Assembly (NCBI GenBank): GCA_032083605.1
Contig: DAMDNS010000001.1
Span: 1-46,143, forward strand
DNA: 46,143 bases
Direction of reading: 5' to 3'
Source: Ureibacillus sp.
Lineage (GTDB): Bacteria > Bacillota > Bacilli > Bacillales_A > Planococcaceae
Positions 19,476 through 29,836 of this stretch are shown piece after piece. How positions within the stretch are numbered: the stretch's first letter is position 1; each line of letters starts with the position of its first letter. Position numbers and translations under genes: made by a program. The notes beneath the pieces were generated by a model. That model was not told where the DNA came from and made no database searches. It saw only the letters and a list, made by a program, of their open reading frames with translations.

Positions 19476-21047
19476 CTATTTTCGTTCAGCTTGTTTCTTC
19501 AGCTCGTTCTCCCGCTCAATATGCTCTCGCATTTTCTTTAATCGCTTAATTTCATGCTTCTTAATCGGGATCATTTCGGTACCCAGCATTTTCCACAGGG
19601 TGATGCCAAGTAATAAAACAATAAAGATAAATGGCAATGCCGCTATTAGCGAGGCTGTTTGTAATGCATCCAACCCGCCAGCATAAAGCAATACGCCCGA
19701 GATAGCTGCCATTAAAACTCCCCATGTTAGTTTTGTAACAACTGCCGGATTGATGGCCCCATTAGATGTCATGCTCGCCATTATAAAGGTTGCTGAATCT
19801 GCAGATGTAATTAAGAAAGTAAATATAAGAACAATCCCAACCACAGACGCAATCATAGATAAAGGCAGATTATTCAGCGTCTGGAATAAGGCCACGGTCA
19901 CATCTTCATTTACTAACGTTGCTATATTGGTATTTTGATGTAAATCATACCAAATTGCAGTTCCTCCGAAGGTTGCAATCCAAAAACAAGAGATAACAGG
20001 CGGAACGATTAAAACACCGAATATAAATTCCCTTATTGTTCGCCCTCTTGAAACCCTGGCGATAAATGCCCCTACAAATGGAGACCAAGAAATCGCCCAC
20101 GCCCAATAAAACACTGTCCAATCCTTTACCCAAGTATCTTCTTTATATGGCTGCAAGCGCAAACTATATTCAACGAAATGAGATATATAATCTCCAATCG
20201 CTAACGTAAAAGTTTCTAATATAAATACAGTCGGTCCCATAATGAACACAAAGGCTAGTAAAAGAATGGCCAATCCCATATTGACGTTGCTTAAAATCTT
20301 GATTCCCTTTTGTAAGCCAGTGGTAGATGACAGCATATAACCGATAAACATAACGGCTATTATTCCTAATTGAACTAAAAAATTAATAGGCATGCCAAAT
20401 ACGGCATTTAAACCTCCGTTGGTCTGTAAAACCCCTAAACCAATAGAAGTTGCTACACCCATTACAGTGGCGATTACAGCAAAAATATCAATTAGATTTT
20501 TAATTCCTTTTTTAGAACCCGTGATAGGCTCAAGAGATGTAGAAATAAGTAAATCCTTTTTCTTGTTAAATTGCATATAGCACATCACAAGTCCCATCAG
20601 TGCATACACAGACCACTGGCTGATTCCCCAGTGAAAGAAGGAATAGCCCATTGCTAGCCTTGCTGCCTCTGTTGATAAAGGCTCCACATTATCTGTTGGA
20701 GTAGTAAAAAAATGACTCATCGGCTCAGCCACTCCCCAGAACACCAGACCCACTCCCAAGCCGGCTGAAAACAACATAGAAATCCAAGTGATATAAGAGA
20801 AATCCGGTTTTGCATCATTTCCGCCAAGTCGGATCGAGCCAAACTTACTGATTGCCAAGAATAATAAGAAGAGAATTATGACAAAAACAGAAAGCAAATA
20901 AAACCATGAGAAATTACGGGTCGTCATATCAAATATGCTGGTCGCTACTTCCCCAAAGCGAACCGGAAAAATAGCACCTAGAATGACTAATAACAATATA
21001 ATCAAGGCCGCTATTGTAAAAACCGGATTTTTAATAATTTCCTTCAC
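19476..21047 (-). CDS. BCCT-family (glycine betaine/choline/carnitine) transporter, OpuD/BetL-like
   Basis: MLFSAGLGVGLVFWGVAEP, FFHWG, WTVFYWAWAISWSPFVGAFIARVSRGRTIREF. Confidence 0.93.
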   Translation of the reverse strand: MKEIIKNPVFTIAALIILLLVILGAIFPVRFGEVATSIFDMTTRNFSWFYLLSVFVIILFLLFLAISKFGSIRLGGNDAKPDFSYITWISMLFSAGLGVGLVFWGVAEPMSHFFTTPTDNVEPLSTEAARLAMGYSFFHWGISQWSVYALMGLVMCYMQFNKKKDLLISTSLEPITGSKKGIKNLIDIFAVIATVMGVATSIGLGVLQTNGGLNAVFGMPINFLVQLGIIAVMFIGYMLSSTTGLQKGIKILSNVNMGLAILLLAFVFIMGPTVFILETFTLAIGDYISHFVEYSLRLQPYKEDTWVKDWTVFYWAWAISWSPFVGAFIARVSRGRTIREFIFGVLIVPPVISCFWIATFGGTAIWYDLHQNTNIATLVNEDVTVALFQTLNNLPLSMIASVVGIVLIFTFLITSADSATFIMASMTSNGAINPAVVTKLTWGVLMAAISGVLLYAGGLDALQTASLIAALPFIFIVLLLGITLWKMLGTEMIPIKKHEIKRLKKMREHIERENELKKQAERK

Positions 21048-21084
21048 ACAAAACAACTCCTCTAAAACGTATAACTTAGCTTAT

Positions 21085-21110
21085 ATTCCCCTAATCTTGC
21101 TGAAGTAAAC
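21085..21110 (-). promoter_or_regulatory. SigB-type promoter of the BCCT gene
   Basis: GTTTAC-N14-GGGAAT. Confidence 0.65.
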
Positions 21111-21207
21111 ATTATAACTATTATGGAAAATCATTTTTCGGACCTTTAATATTAAAAAAACCCGGAAGAATCCGGGCTTTGCTTCACTGAAATCCCTATC
21201 TACTGAC

Positions 21208-21360
21208 CTAATAATGTCTAGCCTTAGCATCCGTTCTCAAAATTTGGTTATGGAGTGATATCTCCGTTTTACCATTCACTTGAGATTTTTGAAACTTTGG
21301 CTTTCCCCAGTTGCTGTGATTTCTTGAAAAATGAGGATCAAAAATACCCTTCTTATCCAT
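21208..21360 (-). CDS. ypzG: YpzG-family small forespore protein (50 aa, below the ORF-track cutoff)
   Basis: MDKKGIFDPHFSRNHSNWGKPKFQKSQVNGKTEISLHNQILRTDAKARHY with the W..PK..KSQVNG.T motif. AGGGGTG RBS, SigG-type promoter GCATG-N17-AATACTA (21411-21439), CCCGGA/TCCGGG terminator. Confidence 0.8.
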   Translation of the reverse strand: MDKKGIFDPHFSRNHSNWGKPKFQKSQVNGKTEISLHNQILRTDAKARHY

Positions 21361-21480
21361 CAGTCACACCCCTGTTGTCGTATAGTAGATTTCTTAACGT
21401 GAATCATATTTAGTATTAAACATTCGTAACAAATCATGCGTATTAATTCTAAATTCTTTACTAATAGTTTTGCTAATTAG

Positions 21481-21652
21481 AAAAACCCGGAATAAAAATT
21501 CCGGGCACGTTCACAAAACTTCCATGATGCATAAACCTGAAAAGCTTCTTTACGCTATATCAAGCCTAGTGTTTCAAGAGACATTTGGACTTGCATCCTA
21601 ATGCTGCAACGGTAACACCCCTGTTCATCATGTTTAATCACTTTGTGAAGCT
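21481..21652 (-). ncRNA. Candidate SigG-dependent small RNA (about 170 nt) or decayed small spore-protein gene
   Basis: Promoter GAATG-N17-CATACTA (21658-21686), terminator CCCGGAAT/ATTCCGGG plus Us, complementary 5' and 3' ends. Only TTG-CAG-CAT-TAG follows the RBS-like AGGGGTG. Confidence 0.5.
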
Positions 21653-21800
21653 GATATTAGTATGAAAAGTTTTTTGTTTTTCATTCCATTTTAGCAAAAA
21701 AAAATATTAATTCTTCGTGCACTTCTCCATTACAAATTCATTGTTCTTGGGAACACTTTTTTCACCCTTCCATATTTTATAAAGGAAAGGGGCGATAAAT

Positions 21801-22103
21801 ATGGTTTCGATAGAACCAATCGAATTAAACGGACACATGTTTACTGCTGTTACTGTACGGTTACCAAAAACCACGCTTTTAACTGTATCAAACGAAAATG
21901 GGTACATTATGTGTGGTGCATTAGATGTTGGACTTTTAAATAGTAAATTGGCAGATCGGAAAATCATTGCAGGTCGTGCTGTTGGTGTAAAAACAATCGA
22001 TGAATTATTAAAAGCACCTTTAGAATCCGTTACACATGAAGCTGAAAAAATGGGTATAGTAAAAGGGACAATCGGTGAAGACGCTTTAATGATGATGATC
22101 TAG
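21801..22103 (+). CDS. yunC: YunC-family (DUF1805) protein
   Basis: V.LPKTTLL....GYIMCGALDV.LLN.KL.DR.IIAGRAVGV.TI..LL.APLESVT. Confidence 0.88.
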   Translation: MVSIEPIELNGHMFTAVTVRLPKTTLLTVSNENGYIMCGALDVGLLNSKLADRKIIAGRAVGVKTIDELLKAPLESVTHEAEKMGIVKGTIGEDALMMMI

Positions 22104-22120
22104 TCAAAGTCCCGAGAAAT

Positions 22121-23344
22121 TCACCTTTCTCGGGTTTTTTTAAATAACCCTTTATACACCAAGAGAATGCCTACTCCGATAACAATTCCTATATAGATAG
22201 ACATTTGGGTCGGCATTAAAAATGCACCAATAATAATGCTAAATCGCGCAATGAGATCTCCCCCTGTATAACCTAAATTTGCAAAAGCAGAATAGGAGCC
22301 TCTTTTATCTTCCGGCATCATATTCGCTGTTTCAGTACTGGCAATAGGCGAGTAAATCAATTCCCCAATTGTTGCGATAAAATTAAAAAATAATAATAAG
22401 TACCATGGATTTGCTGATGTAACCATGATATAGCCAAGCCCATATATAATTAGCCCCATTAAAATGGCACGCTTCTTACTGAATCGATCTGTTAAGCGAC
22501 TAATGAAAAATGTAAGGAATACTACAAGCAGCATGTTCTCCACATTTAATATACTAAGCATTCTTATGCCCGATATTTGAAAGTCACCCATAAAGATTGG
22601 ATCAAAGCTTTCCGACAATCGAACGGCAATATAATTATTTAACGACAATTCAGCCGCATTAATGCACATTAAACCAATTACTAACAACACAAAAGAGCGA
22701 TCTTGAAATGCTACTTTATAATTATGTACAACATCTTTTATCGGATTTGTATGTTCTTGCTTAAGAGTGGTTCTTTTTATGTCTTTTAACCAAAACCCAT
22801 ACACGACAAAAATCAGTATAGATACAATGGTTAACACTGCGAATAATTCAATCTGATGGCTTACATACAGAAGTCCGCCTAATGCGCTCCCTATTGCCAT
22901 CGATAAATTGAATAGCCAATAGTCCGCAGTATAGATCGCTTTCCTATTGTCAGGCGTGGTGGAATCGATTATTAGTGCATCCATTGTTGGATATTCAATA
23001 CTGCTTGTTATAGTGAATCCTATATAAGCAAATGCAAATAATAGAACAAGGTTTTCCTTTTGCAACAAGCTAATGGTCATGAGTAAAAACATTAACGCTG
23101 TAAAGAAGGATGAGATAAAAAGAAGTTTCTTTCTGCTAAATCGATCTGCCATGTACCCGCCAAGCAAATTAAAAATAAAACTAACGCCAACCGTAAATAC
23201 CAAAAATACACCAGCAGACACTTTACTCCATTCTTGCGCAAAAAATAAGGCCATAAAAGGCAATACCGCGGATGAAAGTGCACGATTAAAGAAAGAAGTT
23301 AATAATCTCACCTTTACATTCCGAGGATAGTCCTTCCATTTCAT
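22121..23344 (-). CDS. MFS transporter (multidrug-resistance-like)
   Basis: GGYMADRFSRKK motif A; about 12 TM helices. Confidence 0.88.
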   Translation of the reverse strand: MKWKDYPRNVKVRLLTSFFNRALSSAVLPFMALFFAQEWSKVSAGVFLVFTVGVSFIFNLLGGYMADRFSRKKLLFISSFFTALMFLLMTISLLQKENLVLLFAFAYIGFTITSSIEYPTMDALIIDSTTPDNRKAIYTADYWLFNLSMAIGSALGGLLYVSHQIELFAVLTIVSILIFVVYGFWLKDIKRTTLKQEHTNPIKDVVHNYKVAFQDRSFVLLVIGLMCINAAELSLNNYIAVRLSESFDPIFMGDFQISGIRMLSILNVENMLLVVFLTFFISRLTDRFSKKRAILMGLIIYGLGYIMVTSANPWYLLLFFNFIATIGELIYSPIASTETANMMPEDKRGSYSAFANLGYTGGDLIARFSIIIGAFLMPTQMSIYIGIVIGVGILLVYKGLFKKTRER

Positions 23345-23497
23345 GCTGAAATCCCCCTATCTAATTCATTTATAGCAGAATTCACCTTTTAATAATAGAA
23401 AATATTGGTATATAACGAACTAACTCCTTTGTATAGCCGCATACTTACCGGAAAAAATAAATCAGACAAATAAGCTGGCTGACTTAGGGAGGTAACT

Positions 23498-24619
23498 ATG
23501 CAAAGATTTCCTAAAATTATGATTGGTCTTATTTTTTTTATCAGTGTTGGTAGCTCTGCTTTTATCCTTGCCCAAGAAAATCAAGATACCTCTTCCGGTG
23601 AGACCAACTCATCAAATGTTGACATCACGATTACCGGCGAGGCAGATGAACAGCTCCTGGATCAACTCACAAATAATTTAAAAGCAGACAGTGAAGAAGA
23701 AATTGATGTAGATGAAGCCATAAAAGGCACCTCTCAATACATCGATATGGACCAATTTAAAAAAAGATATCTTAATATCCCTTACACTGATACAGAAAAT
23801 GAACGACAGCAACTAGACATCATTTATCCTAAAATCGGGAATCCGCCCTACAAGACAATTGTCGCACTTCATGGAGGAGGATGGTCTAGTGGGGACCGTA
23901 AATCTGCATCACTAAAAACGCTTCAAATGGCCACACAACAAGGCTATGTCGTCATTAATGTCGGCTATAGATTAACTGACGAGGCAAAATGGCCAGCTCA
24001 GCTACATGATGTAAAAGCTGCCGTCCGATTTATAAGAGCGAATGCAAAGCAATATCGGCTGGATACTCAAAATATTGTCGTTTGGGGAAATTCAGCTGGG
24101 GGACATTTAGCAAGTATGCTTGCTGCAACAAATGGAATGGAAGAAATGGAGGACCTTTCAATGGGACATTCAAATGCTTCCTCCGAGGTGCAAGGGGTAG
24201 TATCCTGGTTTGGAATTTCAGATATCACAAAACTACCCGACAACAGCATTAATATCGCAAACAAGCTCATGGGATTCAATGTTCGAGAAAATGCCGAAGA
24301 TGCGAAGATTGCGAGTCCGATCAATTATATAACGCAAGATTTCCCTCCAATTTACATGATTCATGGCACAAACGATCGAATAGTCCCCTTTGAGCAATCA
24401 GTAGAATTTGCCAAGAAGATAAATAACATAACCGGCAAAAAGCGAGCATCCTTAAAACTTCATATTAATGCCGGACACGGTGACAATAACATAAGAAATA
24501 TAACCAATGTGGATGAAACATTGAACTTTATAGATAAAATTATGTATACAGAGCGAAAAAATCCTTATCGCGTCAAAAGATACAAAGAAATTAGGACAAC
24601 AACCGAGAAATCATCCTAG
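23498..24619 (+). CDS. Secreted alpha/beta-hydrolase (HSL-like esterase/lipase)
   Basis: Signal peptide, acidic linker, HGGGW oxyanion motif, GNSAGG nucleophile, HGTND.IVP, AGHG. Confidence 0.88.
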   Translation: MQRFPKIMIGLIFFISVGSSAFILAQENQDTSSGETNSSNVDITITGEADEQLLDQLTNNLKADSEEEIDVDEAIKGTSQYIDMDQFKKRYLNIPYTDTENERQQLDIIYPKIGNPPYKTIVALHGGGWSSGDRKSASLKTLQMATQQGYVVINVGYRLTDEAKWPAQLHDVKAAVRFIRANAKQYRLDTQNIVVWGNSAGGHLASMLAATNGMEEMEDLSMGHSNASSEVQGVVSWFGISDITKLPDNSINIANKLMGFNVRENAEDAKIASPINYITQDFPPIYMIHGTNDRIVPFEQSVEFAKKINNITGKKRASLKLHINAGHGDNNIRNITNVDETLNFIDKIMYTERKNPYRVKRYKEIRTTTEKSS

Positions 24620-24680
24620 TGAAAAAAAGAATGATCATTTCCGAAGAGTGGAATCACGGAGATTTACGGAGTTTGAAAAA

Positions 24681-24865
24681 TAAAGGGAAAATTTCCGTTT
24701 AAATTAAAAAATTTTTACATTCCGCCTAAAATAAATGGAGATTTTCCGTTTATATTGCCCAGATCCTCGAATTTGGGCTTATTTAGAGCTGTTAATCGGA
24801 ATTTCTCCACTTATATATGCTTCTAAAGCCTCCAGTCTTTACATTAGACGGATATTCTCCGCCTA
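24681..24865. repeat. Four degenerate 21-bp palindromes (TAAnCGGA-N5-TCCGyTTA) spaced 51/61/52 bp apart
   Basis: Copies start at 24681, 24732, 24793 and 24845 in a non-coding convergent intergenic region. Confidence 0.7.
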
Positions 24866-25026
24866 AGTATTCTTAAAGAAATTTCTAAAGGGTTTTAATA
24901 ATTTTAAAGCATGGCGATTCATTATAAATGAATTACCATGCTTTATTTACACTGTTTTTTCCCTTTTTGCACTATAAAAGAGAAGCGGTTGCCATTAGCG
25001 AACCTGTCTCCTTTTCACTTTCGCAT

Positions 25027-25527
25027 TTAATGGCTTAGTGCTTCACTATATTTCCCTGTAATTTTCTCTATCTCTACTTCGAACAGCTCGGTTTTCGGCA
25101 AAGCTGGGTAGCCTTCCTTTTCAAAACTCCAATTCGGATCACCATACTTTTTCCAAAGACGATCATAAAACCATTCTTTTTTGGCATCCGCTTCTATATG
25201 TTTAATCGTTCCAAATACAACCACGCTTGTATAGCCTAAAGCGGATTGGCAGGCATATTTTTTACCTGGAACAATATCGCCCATTTCACAAACCTCGATA
25301 CAAACCTTTTCATTCACCTTAGTATTTTCCCAAAAATGACTTTCACGCAAATTTCCGATATGTACATACAGCTTTGTCCCTTCCTCATATACAAAAACGA
25401 ATGGAATGACATATGGGTAGCCATCCTCACCTACTGAGGCTACATGTGCAACTTGAGCCGCTTTCAGGAATTCGTATGCCTCTTCTTCCGTTACTTCTCT
25501 TTTTTTGTTATGAATTGTCCCTCTCAT
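25027..25527 (-). CDS. Pyridoxamine 5'-phosphate oxidase-like / NimA-family flavin-binding protein
   Basis: DGYPYVIP..FVY, N.KVC.EV, YTSVVVFG, EIEKITGK. Confidence 0.85.
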   Translation of the reverse strand: MRGTIHNKKREVTEEEAYEFLKAAQVAHVASVGEDGYPYVIPFVFVYEEGTKLYVHIGNLRESHFWENTKVNEKVCIEVCEMGDIVPGKKYACQSALGYTSVVVFGTIKHIEADAKKEWFYDRLWKKYGDPNWSFEKEGYPALPKTELFEVEIEKITGKYSEALSH

Positions 25528-25711
25528 TTTCTTTCCCCCTTATTTTCATAAACAGCAAATTCCGCACTAAAATATATATTCTAAATACTTCTTTAAAATT
25601 CCTTCTTCGTATTTGGATTGATATAAAAACAAAACGTTCCAACATTTATAAATGAAGAATAATGTGATAAAATCAAAACGATAAAGCGAAACCACTTAGG
25701 GGGAATATTCA

Positions 25712-25939
25712 ATGGGTAATTCAGTTTTAAAACCAAATGCTAAAATTAGTCCAGAACGTGAAAGCGAAGCATTAGCTATTCGCAATAACTTAATTATTGA
25801 ATTATTAGTAAGTGTATTAGATGAAAAATTAGTTATCGAACGTCATATTTTACGTGAACGTTTAGCTAACCTAATCGAGCTTGCTAAATATGACGAAGAG
25901 CTAACAGAAACTCTTCACGGTGTAATCAACAAATTATAA
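25712..25939 (+). CDS. Hypothetical 75-aa helical protein
   Basis: AGGGGGA RBS, extended -10 TGTGATAAAAT upstream and its own terminator (25951-25986). Confidence 0.75.
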   Translation: MGNSVLKPNAKISPERESEALAIRNNLIIELLVSVLDEKLVIERHILRERLANLIELAKYDEELTETLHGVINKL

Positions 25940-26095
25940 TTCCCATATTCAAAAGAGTCGCTCCTTTAAGAGGAGCGACTCTTTTTGTTATATGCACACT
26001 ATACTAAGGAGATTTTTGCTTGTTCATATTTTTTTAACAAATATTCACTAACGGACAAGCATAAACTTTCATATCAAAGCGAAAGGATGGTGGAT

Positions 26096-26359
26096 GTGGC
26101 ATCAGCGTTACTATATATGGTGTTAATACGAGTAATTTCTGGAAGTCTTGAACTGACGGTAGCCGGCTTAATGTATAAATCACAGGATTTAGAAAAAGCT
26201 TTAGCACTAAACTCCATGCTAGCTTTAGTGGGACCCTTTGTTCTAATTATTACAACCAGTTTAGGGGTTGCAGGCTTAGGCGATAAAATTTCGTTCCCAA
26301 GAATCTTTTGCATATTTAGCGGCGTATTATTGATATTATTGAGCTTAAAAATGAAATAG
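26096..26359 (+). CDS. YqhV/DUF2619-family small membrane protein
   Basis: M...R.ISGSLELT.A.LM.K..DLEKAL.LNS.LALVGP.VLI.TT.LG..GL. Start at 26087 or 26096 behind GAAAGGA. Confidence 0.8.
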   Translation: MASALLYMVLIRVISGSLELTVAGLMYKSQDLEKALALNSMLALVGPFVLIITTSLGVAGLGDKISFPRIFCIFSGVLLILLSLKMK

Positions 26360-26384
26360 CATCGGGGGTTGGAATATAGAATAG

Positions 26385-27347
26385 TTATTTAAACCAGCCT
26401 TTCCTTTTGAACCAAAGCAACATGATCAGCCCTATTATGACCATCAAACCCAGAGAAAAAACATATCCATACTTCCATGATAGCTCCGGCATATTTTCGA
26501 AGTTCATGCCATAAATTCCGGCTATAAAGGTTAATGGAGCAAAAATTGACGTAATAATGGTAAGCAGCTTCATCACATTATTGGTTTGATGAGAGTTTAA
26601 TGATAAATAGCTATCTCTTATATCCGCCGTCACTTCACGATTTGTCATGACCATTTCCGAAAGCTTCAGCAAATGATCATAGATATCCGAAAAGTATTCT
26701 CTTCTTTCACTAATCCGATTGACATTTAAATGATGGGAATTCAGCATACGATAAAGCAAATCCCGCATCGGATTAACAGAATGCAATAGATTCAATAGCA
26801 TGTTTCTCGTTTCAAACAAATCATTCATCAGGTGATTCATCGAATGCTTTGTTGTATTTTCAATCATTTTTTCTAGCTCATCTTCTATTTTATAAACAAG
26901 GGGGAAGTAATTATCTACAATTTTGTCCAATATTTCATAAAAGACGTAGTAAGGATCCCATCCGGTGAGCGACTCTTGTGCTAATAATTTACTCCATACT
27001 TTAGATACCTCTTCTGAAGGGACTTTATGAAAAGTAACGATACAAGTCTCACCCACAAAGAAATCTAATTCGTCCTTGATAATGAGCTCGTTCTCTTCAT
27101 GCAGAATATGAGTGACATAAAAGGTGTAACTTTTATAATAATCCAATTTAGGACGCTGAAACTCATGTACGCAGTCTTCTATGGCAAGCGGATGAAAGTG
27201 AAATGTGTCTGCCAAATGCTTCAATTCATCTTCTGTCGGTTCACTAAAATCCACCCAAAACCATTTATAATCTGACAGCACTGCCTGATTGATCGCAATA
27301 TTTTTCTCTAAATGATTGTCATTGGTGATACCTATAAAATTTATCAT
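26385..27347 (-). CDS. corA: CorA Mg2+/Co2+ transporter
   Basis: FHPLAIEDC, QRPKLD, PLTFIAGIYGMNFENMPELSW. Confidence 0.95.
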   Translation of the reverse strand: MINFIGITNDNHLEKNIAINQAVLSDYKWFWVDFSEPTEDELKHLADTFHFHPLAIEDCVHEFQRPKLDYYKSYTFYVTHILHEENELIIKDELDFFVGETCIVTFHKVPSEEVSKVWSKLLAQESLTGWDPYYVFYEILDKIVDNYFPLVYKIEDELEKMIENTTKHSMNHLMNDLFETRNMLLNLLHSVNPMRDLLYRMLNSHHLNVNRISERREYFSDIYDHLLKLSEMVMTNREVTADIRDSYLSLNSHQTNNVMKLLTIITSIFAPLTFIAGIYGMNFENMPELSWKYGYVFSLGLMVIIGLIMLLWFKRKGWFK

Positions 27348-27391
27348 TGGACTAACCCTTTCATTTTCAGAGCATTAGATGATAAAAGGAT

Positions 27392-27416
27392 ATTCCCTTT
27401 TATATAATAGTTAAAC
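27392..27416 (-). promoter_or_regulatory. SigB promoter of corA
   Basis: GTTTAA-N13-GGGAAT, a consensus match. Confidence 0.75.
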
Positions 27417-27545
27417 TTATGCTATGGACATGCCTTATTTTAGTACAGCAGGCAAGAGCATGCTTCCATAAGCAATAGTATGTAACCAAGGGAGAATCGT
27501 TAATCTCCTTTATCAGATAATAAAGTTTTCTATTTTCCAATATGC

Positions 27546-27584
27546 AAAATGCCTAGCCTCTTATTGATGAGGCTAGGCATTTTA
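27546..27584. terminator. Terminator of the opuC operon
   Basis: AAAATGCCTAGCCTC-N8-GAGGCTAGGCATTTT. Confidence 0.8.
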
Positions 27585-27588
27585 GTTT

Positions 27589-28278
27589 TTAAATGATTGC
27601 TATTGTTTTCTTCTGCTGACGTTTGACTGGATCTAACCTACGTTCAATCATTCCTAGAATGATATCTGAAAGAATAGCCATTAAGGCTGTTGGCAAGGCT
27701 CCTGCCAATATTATCGCTGTTCCATCCGTAGCATTAGTACCTCGGATAATAATATCTCCCAGTCCTCCTGCGCCGATAAATGCACCGATTGCGGTAATCC
27801 CGATCGCCACGACAAGGGCAATTCGAATACCGGTAATAATAACAGAGAGCGATAAAGGCAGCTCAACCATATATAGCACCTGCATTTTGGTCATCCCCAT
27901 ACCACGTCCAGCATCGGTTACACTTTTATTGATTGTCGTAATGCCGACATACGTATTTTTTATAATCGGTAGTAATGAATAAAAGAATACTGTCACAATA
28001 ACTGTCGTTTTCCCTAATCCCAACGCAAGCATTAATATAGCCATTAAAGCAAGGGCTGGAATGGTCTGGATAATATTGGCCACGGTTATGACAACGCTGG
28101 AAAGCTTTCCATATTTTGAAATGAGGATTCCAAGCGGAATACCAATGACGGCTGCTAATAATACTCCATAGATCGAAATTAAAAAGTGATCTAAAAACTG
28201 ACTAAATACATACAAGCCATTTTCTTTCATATAGAAGAAAAACTGCTCCATGGTAGACATTTGGGTCATATCCTGCAT
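27589..28278 (-). CDS. opuCD: Osmoprotectant ABC transporter permease
   Basis: IQTIPALAL, DAGRGMGMT..Q.L.MVELPL, GAGGLGDIIIRGTNA. Confidence 0.88.
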   Translation of the reverse strand: MQDMTQMSTMEQFFFYMKENGLYVFSQFLDHFLISIYGVLLAAVIGIPLGILISKYGKLSSVVITVANIIQTIPALALMAILMLALGLGKTTVIVTVFFYSLLPIIKNTYVGITTINKSVTDAGRGMGMTKMQVLYMVELPLSLSVIITGIRIALVVAIGITAIGAFIGAGGLGDIIIRGTNATDGTAIILAGALPTALMAILSDIILGMIERRLDPVKRQQKKTIAII

Positions 28279-29192
28279 TACTCATCACCTCCTGAAAAGT
28301 ATTTGTGCTCTTTCAAGAAGTCTTCCGCTACAACAGCAGGTTCAATTAAATTATTATCTGCCAAGAAGTTTAACTCCTGCATAGTCTTCGTAGAGATTTT
28401 TCCAACTAATCGTTCCACTGCTTTTTTAACCTCTGGTTTTTCTTCAAGTACTTCCGTATCTGCAAATGGACTTGCATCATATGGAGGGAAGAAGTTTAAG
28501 TCATCCTCCAAAACCACCAAATCGTAGGATGCAATACGCCCATCGGTTGTATAACCTAAAACGACATCGAGTTCTCCTGTATCGACTGCGTCATATACCA
28601 AGCCAATTTGCATAGGGAATGTACGGGAAAAGTCAAATCCATAGGTTTCAACGAACGCTTTATAGCCATCCCCTTCTCGATTCATCCAAGATGTATCGAC
28701 CCCGGCTTCCAGTTCACCGGCTACTGAAGCTAAATCACTTACCGTTTTTAAGTTATATTTTTCTGCTGTTTCCTTCGTTACCATAAAGGCATAGGTATTT
28801 TCAAATCCATATGAATCGAAGAATGTTTGATTAAATCTTGCATCAAATTCTTTTTGTACAAAAGCTAATGCCTCATCTGCGTCTTTTATCGGTTCTGCCT
28901 GTAATGCTCCTGTTAGATCCGTACCTGTATACCTTACAGCCGACATATTGGCATCCCCATTAATCATCGCTTGATGGACAACAGTACTTGAACCAAGATT
29001 ATTAATAATTTCGGCCTTTTCATCTGTATAATGCTCAATCATATATTTCATCATATAAGCCAAAATTTGTCCCTCTGTTGTAACAACTGAAGCAATTTTA
29101 ATGTTGCCGCTCTCCTTATTTCCAGATAGTGAGCAACCGCTTATTAATAAAGTTAAAATAACAACACTTGCTAAAAGGAGTCTTTTCTTCAT
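28278..29192 (-). CDS. opuCC: Osmoprotectant ABC transporter substrate-binding lipoprotein
   Basis: Lipobox [41 protein letters not shown]. Confidence 0.9.
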   Translation of the reverse strand: MKKRLLLASVVILTLLISGCSLSGNKESGNIKIASVVTTEGQILAYMMKYMIEHYTDEKAEIINNLGSSTVVHQAMINGDANMSAVRYTGTDLTGALQAEPIKDADEALAFVQKEFDARFNQTFFDSYGFENTYAFMVTKETAEKYNLKTVSDLASVAGELEAGVDTSWMNREGDGYKAFVETYGFDFSRTFPMQIGLVYDAVDTGELDVVLGYTTDGRIASYDLVVLEDDLNFFPPYDASPFADTEVLEEKPEVKKAVERLVGKISTKTMQELNFLADNNLIEPAVVAEDFLKEHKYFSGGDE

Positions 29193-29836
29193 GATGCTCG
29201 ACTCCCTTCTATTCTTAAGCCCTTTGGTGTGACTAATTTTTCTAGCTTTGATAATAGGAAGTCAGCAAGCAAAGCTAACAGGGTAACAATTATTGCCCCT
29301 CCTACTATGAGCTCCGCTTGGTATAAATTTAGGCCGTTAAAGATAAAGTCACCAAGACCTCCGGCACCAATATAGGAAGCTAGCGTTGCCCAAGCGATGA
29401 CATATACCGCTGATAGTCGAATGCCCGACATAATTACTGGAACTGCTAAGGGTAGCTCTACCAACAGGATGGACTGCATCGTTGTCATGCCCATCGCAAT
29501 ACCCGCTCCCTTGGTATTTCCGTTTACCGAACGCATTCCTATAAACGTATTATTTAATATAGGCAATAGCGAATAAATACATAGTGCCACGATTGCCGGT
29601 ACCTTCCCTACACCAAATAGCGGAATCATAATAGCCAGCAAGGCAAGGGATGGAACGGTTTGCAGAACACTCGTAATACTTAAAACTATTTTTGATAGAT
29701 ATTTAGATTTTGATAGAAAAATACCTATTGGGACGGCAATAATTACGCCCAAAGCTAGAGCAATCATGGAGATATAAAAATGCTCCCAAGTTTTTAATAG
29801 TAGCTCTGAGCTGTTTTCAGTGAAAAAGGTAATCAT
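29189..29836 (-). CDS. opuCB: Osmoprotectant ABC transporter permease
   Basis: [38 protein letters not shown]. Confidence 0.9.
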   Translation of the reverse strand: MITFFTENSSELLLKTWEHFYISMIALALGVIIAVPIGIFLSKSKYLSKIVLSITSVLQTVPSLALLAIMIPLFGVGKVPAIVALCIYSLLPILNNTFIGMRSVNGNTKGAGIAMGMTTMQSILLVELPLAVPVIMSGIRLSAVYVIAWATLASYIGAGGLGDFIFNGLNLYQAELIVGGAIIVTLLALLADFLLSKLEKLVTPKGLRIEGSRAS

